Below are positions 13,948 to 25,291 of a stretch of 64,000 nucleotides of DNA, one piece after another. The stretch spans positions 1 through 64,000 of the forward strand of contig JAUCBJ010007886.1 of assembly GCA_032718475.1 (NCBI GenBank). The letters run 5' to 3'. The stretch comes from Nemertoderma westbladi. Taxonomy: Eukaryota > Animalia > Xenacoelomorpha. A program made the translations under genes and the position numbers. The notes below the pieces were generated by a model. It ran no database searches and was not told the origin of the DNA. It was given only the letters and a program-made list of their open reading frames with translations. Each line of letters opens with the position of its first letter. Within the stretch, counting starts at the first letter, position 1.

Positions 13948-14100
13948 ACCTGTGACCTAGTGGTTGTAGTCTCGGCTTCCACCTCGCCGTCCCAGGTTCG
14001 AATCCGACACCACGCTGATAAGACCCAGTAAGGTCGAAACGCGTACGTGGTTTGGAGAAAAATTAAGAAAAAAATTAAAAAATTAAATTAAATTAAAATT
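13948..14100 (+). mobile_element. tRNA-derived SINE-like unit carrying a minimal hammerhead ribozyme
   Basis: A box TGACCTAGTGG (13953-13963), B box GGTTCGAATCC (13995-14005), hammerhead fold at 14009-14051, then an A-rich tail. Confidence 0.7.
14009..14051 (+). ncRNA. Type I minimal hammerhead ribozyme motif (G8A core variant)
   Basis: Stem I ACCACG/CGTGGT, core CTGATAA, stem II GACC-CAGTAA-GGTC, GAAA, tiny palindromic stem III (ACGCGT), cleavage triplet GTA at 14043-14045. Confidence 0.75.
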
Positions 14101-15565
14101 ACGCGATTCCTAAATTTGTACACTACCCAAGTACGCATGTGATGGGATTAGTCCTACAATTGCGCCAATAAAATATAAGTTATTTTCGTTAAAATAAACT
14201 TATCATTCGAGGTTAAGACCCCTAGATCCCTTCCTATAATAAATGTATAATAACAAACACCTTGATAAATACAGCTTGCCAACACATTGTTACTATCAAT
14301 AACAAAATCTATAGGCCTATCGATGCGCATTCACATAGCTAAAAGCGATTCGATCAATACCGACATGTTGTCGTTAGAGTATTGTGTATATCTTGTTTAG
14401 ATCAATACCTTTGCTCATTAATAGTAACCAATCTACGAGTTTGTATTCACTACGGCTCACACACGCATCTTGTCCACTGAATCCCAATTGCGTCTGGGTT
14501 CAATACGTACATGAAGAGCAAGTGAAACAACGGGCGCATCATGTAATTAACAACATAGAATATTTACTTACACGCTGCTCTACTACGGTACAATTAGGAA
14601 TTTTTAAAGACAATTCACCAAAAAATATTAATAATATTATAAATAGCTGCTACCCGCAACCTCTGGGCTATTAAGGGATGAAGTTCAACCGCATTAATCT
14701 TAATTTGCACCGTAGGTAGAGAAGATGGAGAATCGCTACTACTACTGTAGTACTACTGTTTATATATTAGGCATATGATGTTTAAAATCGGAGAGCCCAC
14801 AACAACAACAAACGAAATGAGCTTTAGAAACTGCTTTCTGTTCTTTACAAAACGAATGGTTGGTAAGCATTTTCACATAATTACACTGTTTATCAAAGGG
14901 ATAAAAATTCATTGAGAATACGTTAGTATTTTTTAACATTTCCACATTAAATCTCTGACCAAAATACTTTATATAGGATTACAGTATATCCTAGAGAAAA
15001 TACAAATATTATAGAAATCAATAATTCTCATTATGATTAGTTTTGTTATTGTTGTTAGATAGAAATTCCCTACAAGCAAGTACCTGGTAATTATTATAGT
15101 GAATAATTTTCGTGATTTCAAACAATGCACGGCGGTGGGAGATATATCAGTTAGAGAAATAAATACTGCACCCTGAGGATAAAATAATCTCCTAAAGCTA
15201 TGGTAACTCTCCCTATTGGTAAACAACACGAAGTAATTTTTGTGCCTAATGATTAGTGATGGCATTTCCGTAAGGCTTTGACACTCACTAAGTGACTAGC
15301 GGAACACTTGCGGTTTCTTTAAAAGGCAATACTTATTAACATTGTTTCAATGGCCAGCGGCAAACAGTGCTGCTTGCGCTTGGGGTGTTCGCGGTTAAAC
15401 GAATTGACCACTGGACCTGGAGTTCCGGGAATTATATAGCTTACAGTCGTGGGTCGTTCACACTCAATAGTGCTCCCCTGCTGGCCGGGTGGTCTCACTA
15501 TGCCGAGGCTGTAGTTAAAACATACTTAATAGGGTTGGTGAAATATACATTGTGATGTGCTAGTG

Positions 15566-15905
15566 TTTAAACTAGCTAGAAACAATTGGACAAGGGGTAA
15601 CAAGGTGCCCTGAATCGAGTGGCGGGGTTTTCTTTTTGTAAAAACACGAGGAAACGGTCGAAATGGCGGGTTTGAGTAAGCACGGGAAGCCCATTTTGAA
15701 AATCGGCTGGATTGGCTGCTACATAGTTGACGTCACTACGCAGTGCTCAGATAATTTCTTATATTGGTTTCTAAGGAGGGTGATTTTAGATCCAATCAAA
15801 TACATATTTAATCTGAATCATTTCACACGTGGCTTATATCAATTGAAAGCGGAGAGTCTTGCGCGTCTTTTAACACTACAATTAATTAAATTCATGGTGA
15901 TAAAC
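15566..15905 (+). repeat. Dispersed repeat, same family as 6460-7268
   Basis: Reverse complement of ~6950-7268 (GGTAACAAGGTGCCC, ACGGTCGAAATGGCGGGTTT, TTTTGAAAATCGG). Confidence 0.75.
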
Positions 15906-16397
15906 ATACAACAAAGCTACAACAAAGCAACTAACTTTCTGCTTGCATAACATATTAAACACACATTTATTCACGTGCTTCCCATAACAAACAAGATGTG
16001 ATTTAGAAACGCCTCCCCTTAGAACTGTTGTTTATGTAAGGCGCTATGCTGAGTTCATTCATGACCTACTGTAGATATCGTTCAAAAATAAATAAATAAT
16101 CTTAATAAAACTTTAAAAAGTTTGACTGCTAAATTTAGTGGGTAGTTATAGTGCATTTATTATTCTTATAGAAAATTGACCAAAAATGATGTTATAAATA
16201 TAAATAATTTATAATAAGTTATATTATTATAGTAAAATACAATTAATATCAGTAAATTATAATGTTACGTAATAAAATAGAGCAATTATTGTAATCTTTA
16301 ACGTTGTAACCAATAACGATTTTTAATACTGCCTTTCTTTATTAATTATAGGAGGTAGTGTACGTACATAGTTACTTAATTTCTACGATTTACATGT

Positions 16398-17471
16398 TTA
16401 TTGTTTGTGCGCTGTAAAAGGAGTCAAACCAAGTAGTGATATCGAAGGTACTATTACGCACAGGGGTAACCTCACCCATCTGGGCACCAACCACGCACCA
16501 GGCATACCCACCCTCTCTAACACCCCGCGGACACTCTGTATGTCCCATGGGACCCGGCCATTAACGTCAGTAAACCCATACTCCCTGGCCAACTCGCACG
16601 TCATATAATGGCGCCCCGTCTTACTCATGATACATGGATCGTCTGCCAAGTAAACCACGCATCTGCCAGCTAACTCGGGGGTTTCCATCATAAAATCAAA
16701 ATCAAAAGTCTCCATATTAATCACTTTATTTCGAGAATTTTTAGGCACATCTTTACCGATACCGCAAACTTTAGCTAAAATTTTGAAGAAATTTGGGTTA
16801 CTTTTACCTTCATTATCGCCTTTTACGTCTTTCAATGTATCATAAACTATTTCAGTTTCTACAGGGGAAGGCCATAGAGACACAACGGATACGCCTTTGG
16901 AACGCAATTCGAGAGCGGTGTCTACTGTGAGTCGTTCAACCCCGGCCTTACCAATACCGTAAGCAGGGGTAAAGAAATATGTATAGGACCCAATGGAGCA
17001 AACGTTGACAATGAGACCGTGGCCTTGGGCCACCATCAGACGGGATGCGTGGACGCTGGATACGTATTGGGCTGTTAATCCCACGTCGTTTATGTCGGCG
17101 AATAAGGAAGCGGGGAGTTCCCAAAACGGCGTTCCCGTATTCGCGAATACGTATCGAATCGCCGAGTAGCAGTTGTTAACAACTACGTCGAGTTTACCTC
17201 TGGATTCATCGCCGATTCTGCCGTATAAATCTTCTATCTGCGATGGGTCGCTGTGGTCGCATTGCACTGGTACCACCCGGCCCCCGCCCCCGCGTTGTCT
17301 CATCTCCATAGCAACCTCTTCCAGTGACTGACCCGGTTTATCCTCGCGAGGCGTCAAAGTCCTCGCCGTTATATAAACATCGGCGCCAGCTTCAGCTAAT
17401 TGCAAGGCGATTCCCCTACCAATACCACGGGATGCACCAGTTACTAAAGCAATCTCGCCTCGTAATGCCAT
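16398..17471 (-). CDS. DHRS1: Short-chain dehydrogenase/reductase, DHRS1-like (357 aa, single coding exon)
   Basis: TGASRGIG Rossmann motif, VYITAR, CDHSD, VVNN.Y, PFWE, NDVGL, YGIGK catalytic YxxxK, VSLWP and ELAREYGFTDVNG, all characteristic of DHRS1. Confidence 0.9.
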   Translation of the reverse strand: MALRGEIALVTGASRGIGRGIALQLAEAGADVYITARTLTPREDKPGQSLEEVAMEMRQRGGGGRVVPVQCDHSDPSQIEDLYGRIGDESRGKLDVVVNNCYSAIRYVFANTGTPFWELPASLFADINDVGLTAQYVSSVHASRLMVAQGHGLIVNVCSIGSYTYFFTPAYGIGKAGVERLTVDTALELRSKGVSVVSLWPSPVETEIVYDTLKDVKGDNEGKSNPNFFKILAKVCGIGKDVPKNSRNKVINMETFDFDFMMETPELAGRCVVYLADDPCIMSKTGRHYMTCELAREYGFTDVNGRVPWDIQSVRGVLERVGMPGAWLVPRWVRLPLCVIVPSISLLGLTPFTAHKQ

Positions 17472-17597
17472 TGACAGATTGATGCAGATATTTCAAGACT
17501 GTTACCAGTATGTATGTCTGTATGTCTATGTGCGTTACAGGCAGCTTACACAAACGATGCATGTACAGATGTACTGATGTACCTTACGGCTGTACGG

Positions 17598-18242
17598 CCT
17601 GTATGGAATCCATCCAAAAAGTGCGCCGGATGGCGCGCCGACCAATTTTATGCGCGCCGCGCGCCGATGCCATTTCGAAGAAAAACCCTGCGCCAACTAA
17701 ATTTTTAAGCGCGCCACACATTGAAACAATTTTGAAGAGCGCCATGCCAATGCAAATTCAATTTTGAGGGAGTGTAACCAATCTGTCAATGTCAGTCAGT
17801 CAGTACTGCTGTACCAGTCCCTGCTGCCCTATACAACAGTTGCCTAACCAGTGGTTAGGCAACTGTTGTATACCGGTACTTTATTTTTCTGTTGTATGGT
17901 TCAGTGGTTAGTAACCACTGAACCATACAACAGAAAAAGAAAGGCGAGCGAAGCGAGCCGAAATTTTTAAACAGCTAATGCAATTTTTAAGGCACTTCCA
18001 TATCCGAACTGCCTAATTGTTAAACCTGTACTGCTGTAAACTAACAAATCGGCGCCGGTTTTTATTTTTGGGAGCGCCACGGGCCAAAGCCGGTGCGCTT
18101 TACGATTTTCGAGCGCGCCACGCGCCAAAGTCGGCGCGCTTTACGATTTTCGAGCGCGCCACGCGCCACATTCTGACATTGGCGCGCTTTTATTGCAAAG
18201 TGCGCCGGATTAATCCGGCGCAAAGTGTATGGATTCCAGTCT
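17598..18242. mobile_element. GC-rich MITE upstream of the DHRS1-like gene
   Basis: Inverted termini TGGAATCCAT...GCGCCGGAT / ATCCGGCGC...ATGGATTCCA. Flanked by direct repeat GGCTGTACGG (17588-17597, 18243-18252). Many GCGCGCC repeats and perfect internal palindromes. Confidence 0.7.
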
Positions 18243-19587
18243 GGCTGTACGGTATTTCCTGTAAAGAGTACAGTCAGACAGTAGGCCTACTGCTGTATTA
18301 GCTGACACGTCCATCGTGTTAGCAAACGCGGACACAGAGCCAGGAATAATCATATAGGTGGCAGACTGCTAGCAGGCTGGCAGGACTGGTTGGTGCTGGT
18401 GGTGGTGCAATCAGCAATACTAAACTGCAGAACTGTGTTTGTCTGTTTGTTGTTGTTCTACTTTTTAAAATTCCCGCGTTTCTTTAATTGTTTGTTCAAT
18501 GTCTGTAATGTACTGTTTGAATTTCTGAAAGTTTTTTTGCTTGTTAAAGTTAAAAAAAAAAGCTAGGAGAGTATTTTCTGTAAAGAGTACTGAGTAGGCC
18601 TATACCGGTACCAGTATACAGTAGGATAGTACCATGATAGTACTGTATTACAGTCTGACCTACCTGACCTTTCCTATCTAATCCATAATCATTCCCATCA
18701 AATCTGAGTTGTAGGTCTGCTACCAAACTACCGGTAGTATAAAATAGCCTACTCATTCATTAGCCCATTGGCAGATTAGGTTAATATAACTAAAAGGCTG
18801 AAAGTTAGTTTATAGTAGTATATAGTATATACTGTAGTATAGGTAGTGTATAGTTTATTTCATTTTGGGTAAGAAAAAATATTACATACCGGTAAATCAC
18901 AACAACCAGATCATGGACATGGCTGCGTATGGTAGCATATGATAACCATTTATATGAAACAGCTGGGTGACCATGACCATAAAAACAAGGCCATGCAACA
19001 AGACCATGAAATACGTCAAGAATTTCCATTTTCACGCATCGACTGTATAAACGGAAAGTATGGCCTTCGCGCAGCACGTGACATACACTTATTTTGAGTG
19101 TTAATTCGAAAGAATTCTAATAAAATTTAAGCAGATTTCACATAAACACTTTATAACCTAGAGGACGAATGGGTAACTGCAGACGATTTAAGACCTCACA
19201 AAATCTCAGTCTGATGTCTTGAAAATATATGCCAGTATCAATCAGGAAGAAAGGATTATAAACAATAATACGAAGTGGCTGAAGGTTTTTATTTCAGACA
19301 TTTCTAAAATGTTTTCACTTCAGCCCAAGCGGTAGACTGCAGAACTGCCGAGGGATTACCACCCCAACAAAGACGAAGCCTATGCGTGGCTCTATAAGGT
19401 CTTGCATGTTTCATGTAGGGTATATCTGCCAAGTTTATGCTTGAACTAATCACATACAGCTTGAACAAATAAATCACATTCATGCATTTCGCCCTGTAGA
19501 GGCAGATTGGAGAACTGCAGATCGATTGCCAACCCCACCAAGGCAAATATGTGTTTTAGCACATAACTGACAAGTTTACGCTTGAAC

Positions 19588-20664
19588 CAATGTGTACTAA
19601 ATAAGCGGTCATGCAGTCATGCGGTCATAAGCGGTCATGCAGCGAGCGGACTGCCGATCTTTTCCATATTTATGGTACTATTTTCATAATATTTCCTTAG
19701 TAACTTCTTTTGTGCTACTTTGGTTAGGTGGATATGATGACTAGGGTTCATAGAAATGTAATAAAATGTCTTTCTGGAATTTTTATCTTGTAGTTGCCAA
19801 GGTCACCGGGTGCAAACTTCAAACTTTGCGCGGCTGTAATTATTCAAGACGACGAGGGATTCTGTTCTTGAGATTTGGTAGGTGATTAAAGGAAATAAAA
19901 GTCTATCAAAATATTTTACATTTGAATTTGTTTACATTCCCGTTGCTATGGAAATACGTATAATGAAAAATTTGAAAAATTGTCTACCAATTCTATAAAA
20001 CACCATTTTTATTCGGTTTGTCAGTCTAAATAATAAGTTAAAATTTCCAACATTTTATTTTATATTTCGTCAATTGTGAATCATATTTCTAAAAGTCAAT
20101 ATTTGCCAATAAACTAAACTGTCCAATCAGAGAGCAAGACCTGTTATAGCATGATTTTGACATTCCAGAATATTAAATTTCGGTTAGCAATTATTAGAAA
20201 TAAAGGACAGCAGCCACCAGGCATGTTTGTTGAAAATTATATAAGTAGTAAATAGTAGCCCAATTTCTATCTGGCGGTCAAAATGGGAAATTATCGTAAT
20301 TCCCGTCACCATGGAAACGTGATTGAAAAATAATTTTAATGTAAAATATTTTGATAGACTTTTATTCCCTTTACTCATATACCAAATCTCAAGTACAGAA
20401 TCCCTTGTCGTCTTGAATTACAGGTGCTCGAAATTTGAACTTTGCACCCGGTTACCTTGGCAACTACAAGATAAAAATTCCAGAAAGACATTTTATTACA
20501 TTCCTATGAACCCTACAGTAGTCATCTTATCCACCTAACCAAAGTTGCACAAGAGAGGTTTCTAACAAAATATTATGAAAATAGTGCCATAAATAGGAAA
20601 ACAATCGGCCCACGCTAATTTCAGGAATCCGCTCGCTGCAAGACCTGTTATTTAGTACACCTTG
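19588..20664. mobile_element. Foldback-type non-autonomous DNA transposon (P/Galileo- or hAT-like)
   Basis: 8-bp TSD GCTTGAAC (19580-19587, 20665-20672). Termini CAATGTGTACTAAATAA / TTATTTAGTACACCTTG. Diverged inverted arms of ~380 bp. Confidence 0.85.
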
Positions 20665-22032
20665 GCTTGAACGCATCATATACAGTAGTACAGTAAATAA
20701 CGGAATGGGTCAAGGATTTATCTGTCAGACATTTCATCCTTTAACCAACACCTATTTGCCAAAATTGACACATCCCCTAACAGTGTCAATTCGCTAAGGC
20801 TACGCCAATTTCGTGGCTCGATCCACCTGGAGTGTTCTGTGCACTAAATCAGGGTTTAATACCCCCCTTCTGTAATATTGTACCCGTTTAATTATTTACC
20901 CCATGACTAGACTAAACAAAACCGTAAACCATGTTACTGTAGATTAATAATTTTGCCATTATAATTTATTATTGATTACAATATAGAAACAGAATATTGA
21001 AATTGTTACCTCTAAGTGATATTAACTATATATTCGATTTAAATAAAGTACTGTAGCGCTGTATTTCACGCCGATTCGAATTGTAATATTTCCACGAACG
21101 AGAGAAAGCCGCCCCAATATTAGATTATTACAACAACATATCCATTGGGTAAGAAAGTGGAAGAGAGCCAGCCCGTCTCTTAATTTTTTACTTTATATTA
21201 CGCGATAAATTTTCACTCATCTCGTCATGAACCCAAAAACATGTATGTAACCTTTTGTTAAATTTGTTGGCTATGCGTTTGCGGTTGTTTGGGCGGGGTG
21301 TGGTAGGCCTACACTTTTCACACTTAAATATTTTGGTTGTGAAATGTTACAGGGCATAGCGATCTGAGATATTTCATTTATATTTTATTATGAGAGGAAG
21401 AAGAACATACAACGTTATTTACTATATATGTAACAAAATAATTGTTTTCGGGTTTAACTTGGAAGCCTCCCCAAATAGTTGATATACAATTATATTTAAA
21501 ATTATTTCCATGGTCATGGTCATTCACCCGTCTTTAGTTAGAAATTTGTTTGCATGAAAGACAGATTATTTTAGTTTTTACTGATTTATTATCTCTTATC
21601 TGACTGGGGTAATAATAAAGGATAGGATAAATGGAAGCAAACTGTGACAGTAACAAATATTTCCCCGTCACCCTAGCATGTCTTAAGTATATGATATATC
21701 AAAGGGGGAAGTTTGGATTCACTGCATAAATGCAGTTCACCAAACTTCCCCCGAATGCACACTGTAACTTCCCCCTTCCACCAAATATCCACTGTTTAAT
21801 TAATTTGAAGCGATATAATAAGTACAAAATTGTGCGATTTTTTAATTGTGTGGTCCAATTGTTATTTGATTTCTATTTATTATTTAAAGTGCATTTAATA
21901 TCACACTGGTTTTTAGAATATTATACTATACAACCTTATGTTTTATTATTTTACCCAATCGAAGCCTCATAAGGGCCGGTTATTTGTACGCATATCCCCA
22001 AATGCGCTCAGTAAGGTTCAAACAACATATTA

Positions 22033-22217
22033 CAGTCCCAATCCCAATAAACATTAACTTGGTCATTTTGGCGGCCAAAACGACCAAAATGGCCAAATAT
22101 AAATTGCGGCATTCATGAAAGGAACTTCTGAGGCAAGTTGGCTTGTCAATCACAGCCAGTGGATAGAGGCTGAGTGTAACTAAAGCCCAGGATGTTGGCA
22201 GATAGAAAAAGGCTTCG
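22033..22217 (+). mobile_element. Truncated left end of the CAGTCCC Tc1/mariner-like element
   Basis: TA + CAGTCCCAATCCCAATAAACATTAACTTGG..., colinear with 27418-27640. No right TIR found. Confidence 0.85.
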
Positions 22218-22419
22218 ATTTCCGGACATTCCCTCACCAACCCCCCCCCCCCCCCCCCCCCCCGGACAGTTCCGTTCCGTTCGAGTAGGACACTACTGTT
22301 TTATATTTCGCACGTTCATTTTTCATTTTGAAAGGTAAACGGACCGCTTGTATCCAGACAAGTTGTACAGTATCCAATTTCCCTTTCTGAGCTCAGTAGT
22401 AGTAGTCTGAGCTCAGCTT

Positions 22420-22742
22420 AGTAGTATACATTACTAGCCAACTCGATCAAAGTCACCCGTAGCCCATCATTACCGTCCATTTTTAGTAATCCATCCAATC
22501 AGAAGCCACCATTTCAACCTTTAGCAGTGGTCGTTATTATTTCAACCAATCAGATGTCAGCATTTCATCCGTAACCATGGCAACTTCTCAAGTTCCCGCA
22601 TCTTCCGCTAGAGGCGTTATTAGTCACCCAACGCTAGTACTCCATCCAATCACCAACCTTTATTTTACAGGTGTTCGGGTGTCTACACTTAGCATCAGGT
22701 AACTTCTACTATTTTTCAAATCGCTATTTTTCACCAACCATT
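22420..22742 (+). repeat. Polinton left terminal inverted repeat
   Basis: Reverse complement of 41553-41875; one mismatch noticed (22644). Confidence 0.95.
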
Positions 22743-23296
22743 GCATATTCATCTTCACATAGCCTAACCTCACGATGCATGGCTAGCCCCCAACCCATCG
22801 CTACTCAATCCACAGCTGTTACCCACCCAACCAATCAACAGCGATGCTTGCCTAACCCACCACGTTACCACCACTGCCACGTTACCACCACCACTGTATA
22901 CTGTATATGGTGACGACGTGGCCATCTACTCTGCATCGTGCATATATTATATTATATCGATTGCCAACTCCACGACAGCCGTCGCCAAACCAACAAACCA
23001 ACCACTCAGTATGATACATGTGCATGAAATTCCGCCACGTTCCAGCTACGCGTATACACACATTAGTGATTATTATTATTACGCAATAATTTTTAATTAA
23101 ACTGCATTTTCCCTACCGGCTAATCAACCAATCAATAAACCGAATTTAGGCTATTTCTCAGTTTAAGACCTGTATTATTTTTGAAAATATCTTTATATAT
23201 AATCTCTTGCTTTAATCACAATTAATCATTTGTAATGGTTTTAGTTTAAAAGTTTTTACTTTGTTTGTTTGATTTACAATAAAATTAAATTAAATA

Positions 23297-23740
23297 ATGT
23301 CTTCTGATTCCGATATGGTTATGCCAATAGTAAGGCATTCATTTTTTGCAGAAGATGGTGAAGCCTATATTGTTATTGATTATACAATTTACCGTCAGGG
23401 AGATGATAAATATAAAATTGAGTTTTCTGAAAAAGCCAGGAAAGTTTTAAGCTCAATTGATATTGATGCTTCTGATAATAGTATTCATCTCTTAGATTAC
23501 AACCTGAAAGTTGAGCATGAGGGAAAATTAAGCAACATCTTACTATTATCCATGATAGAGGGGTTAATTGTTATTACACAATACAACGAAGCTGGTGAAA
23601 AGTTTGAAATACGGCTAAATCGGCATAGCCCCTACGAAATTATGTCTTTCTTTATTGTAATGATTTCAAAAGAATCCTTTGTCGAACCTGAAGAATCAAC
23701 AGATAATGTTGAATATGTTGATAATATCATTGATTCTTGA
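23297..23740 (+). CDS. Polinton hypothetical acidic protein (147 aa)
   Basis: Clean ATG-started ORF inside the element with a TATA-like TATATATAA ~100 bp upstream. No recognised motif. Confidence 0.6.
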   Translation: MSSDSDMVMPIVRHSFFAEDGEAYIVIDYTIYRQGDDKYKIEFSEKARKVLSSIDIDASDNSIHLLDYNLKVEHEGKLSNILLLSMIEGLIVITQYNEAGEKFEIRLNRHSPYEIMSFFIVMISKESFVEPEESTDNVEYVDNIIDS

Positions 23741-23903
23741 CTTTTCCCACTATATTATAAATATTTTATGATTATATATAAAATTTTGATGTTCTTAAAT
23801 AATCGAAAATTGTAGTAGTAATTGTATATACAGTATAACAGATTTGTTTGTTGTTGTTGTGTATTGTGGTAATTATTTTCAATTTACTTTAAAATTTGGA
23901 AAA

Positions 23904-24356
23904 ATGGATATTTTAAATGAAAAATGTCCAGTTTGCTATTCTAAGTTATTGCAACAACATCGAGATTATTATAAATGTGAAAATAAACATGCAACTTGCG
24001 TACAATGTATTGTACAATATTCCGAAATGAATAATTATTGTTCTAAAATTTGTCCTATTTGTCGTGCACCCATATCTAAGTTTAATATAAAGTTGGCAAG
24101 TTATCAACCCTATTATTGGAAAGAGCTTCGAAATATAACTTATATTTCTGCGGAAAGTAATGATCCGGGAGATTTATTTACAATATTGGAGAATATTTTT
24201 TATAGAAATGTAGTACGACGCTGTTGCTACTATATTCCTTATTTTTTTAGCAGCGAACATAAAAAAATCATTAGCGCGAAATTCTCGGGAAGTGATTTCC
24301 AATCCGCCGATGTTACCTATCATTATTTCGCGTATAAAGATGCTCACCATGCTTGA
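23904..24356 (+). CDS. Polinton RING-finger (C3HC4-like) protein
   Basis: CPVC-x14-C-x3-H-x2-C-x2-C-x15-CPICR near the N-terminus. First ATG at 23904. Confidence 0.75.
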   Translation: MDILNEKCPVCYSKLLQQHRDYYKCENKHATCVQCIVQYSEMNNYCSKICPICRAPISKFNIKLASYQPYYWKELRNITYISAESNDPGDLFTILENIFYRNVVRRCCYYIPYFFSSEHKKIISAKFSGSDFQSADVTYHYFAYKDAHHA

Positions 24357-24572
24357 AATTACATCAGTCTATACTATAATTGGAAATAGCACCTTTTGTT
24401 GCAGCGAGCGTCACATACTGTAGCGGCGTCATATGTTAATTAAATATACAGTACTCTAATATTGTAGTTGCATCAATTATTGTTATATACATAGTAATGG
24501 TGATGGTTTATTGATATTGATATTTATATTATATTATATTGTATTGTTGATATATCTTAATAATAATAATAA

Positions 24573-25250
24573 ATGGCTGACTTTAATTCAGGTCCATATA
24601 ATTTAAACTTTCAAATGGGAACGAGTATGATAATTTCTGGGCCATCTGGTTCTGGAAAGTCAACCTTTGTCAGCAATTTAATTAAACACAAGAATGGTTG
24701 TTTCAACGAAGCCCCCTTGCGAGTATTGTATTGTTACGGGAGCAATCCCCCGACTATTCCCGGTATTACTCACCTTTACAAAGGCTTGCCCGAAAATATA
24801 GATAGTTTAGTGAATAGTCGAGATTTATTAATTATAGATGATTTGTTAACAGAAACTGAGTCCAGTACAGCATTAACTGTATTGTTTACTAAGGTAGCTC
24901 ATCATTCCAATATATTTATTTGTTTTATAACGCAAAACATGTTTTACGGTGGGAAGCATAACCGCACAAGATCAATTAATAGCCATACTTTAGTATTAAT
25001 GAAAAATCCGAGAGACAGTCTATCGGTTTTAAATTTCGCGAAGCAGATGTTACCAGGGCAGACCAAATTTTTAGTTGATTCCTATCAAGATGCGACAATT
25101 CAACCATTTTCACATTTCTTAATTGATTTACGACAGGAAACACCCGAACATTTAAGATTTAGATCGGATATATTTCGTAATCATAATTGTTACATTAAAA
25201 ATTACATTGACTATAAACGTAGCGAAAATAATAATAATAATAATAGATAA
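24573..25250 (+). CDS. DNA packaging ATPase (A32/FtsK-HerA-like)
   Basis: Walker A GPSGSGKS, Walker B LLIIDD, FITQN, R.RS.N and KNPRD motifs typical of Polinton ATPases. Confidence 0.93.
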   Translation: MADFNSGPYNLNFQMGTSMIISGPSGSGKSTFVSNLIKHKNGCFNEAPLRVLYCYGSNPPTIPGITHLYKGLPENIDSLVNSRDLLIIDDLLTETESSTALTVLFTKVAHHSNIFICFITQNMFYGGKHNRTRSINSHTLVLMKNPRDSLSVLNFAKQMLPGQTKFLVDSYQDATIQPFSHFLIDLRQETPEHLRFRSDIFRNHNCYIKNYIDYKRSENNNNNNR

Positions 25251-25291
25251 ATAATTAATATTTTGTAACAATTTTCAATAATGTTGCAACA

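Noticed and set aside
15467-15486. CTCF-like site (CCAGCAGGGGAGCAC on minus)
   Set aside because: Needs a 1-nt gap to fit the consensus; a single short motif is not evidence.
22671-22913. ORFs 22671-22913 and 41358-41624 with identical N-termini
   Set aside because: Artefact of the TIRs; GTG starts and no protein-like features.
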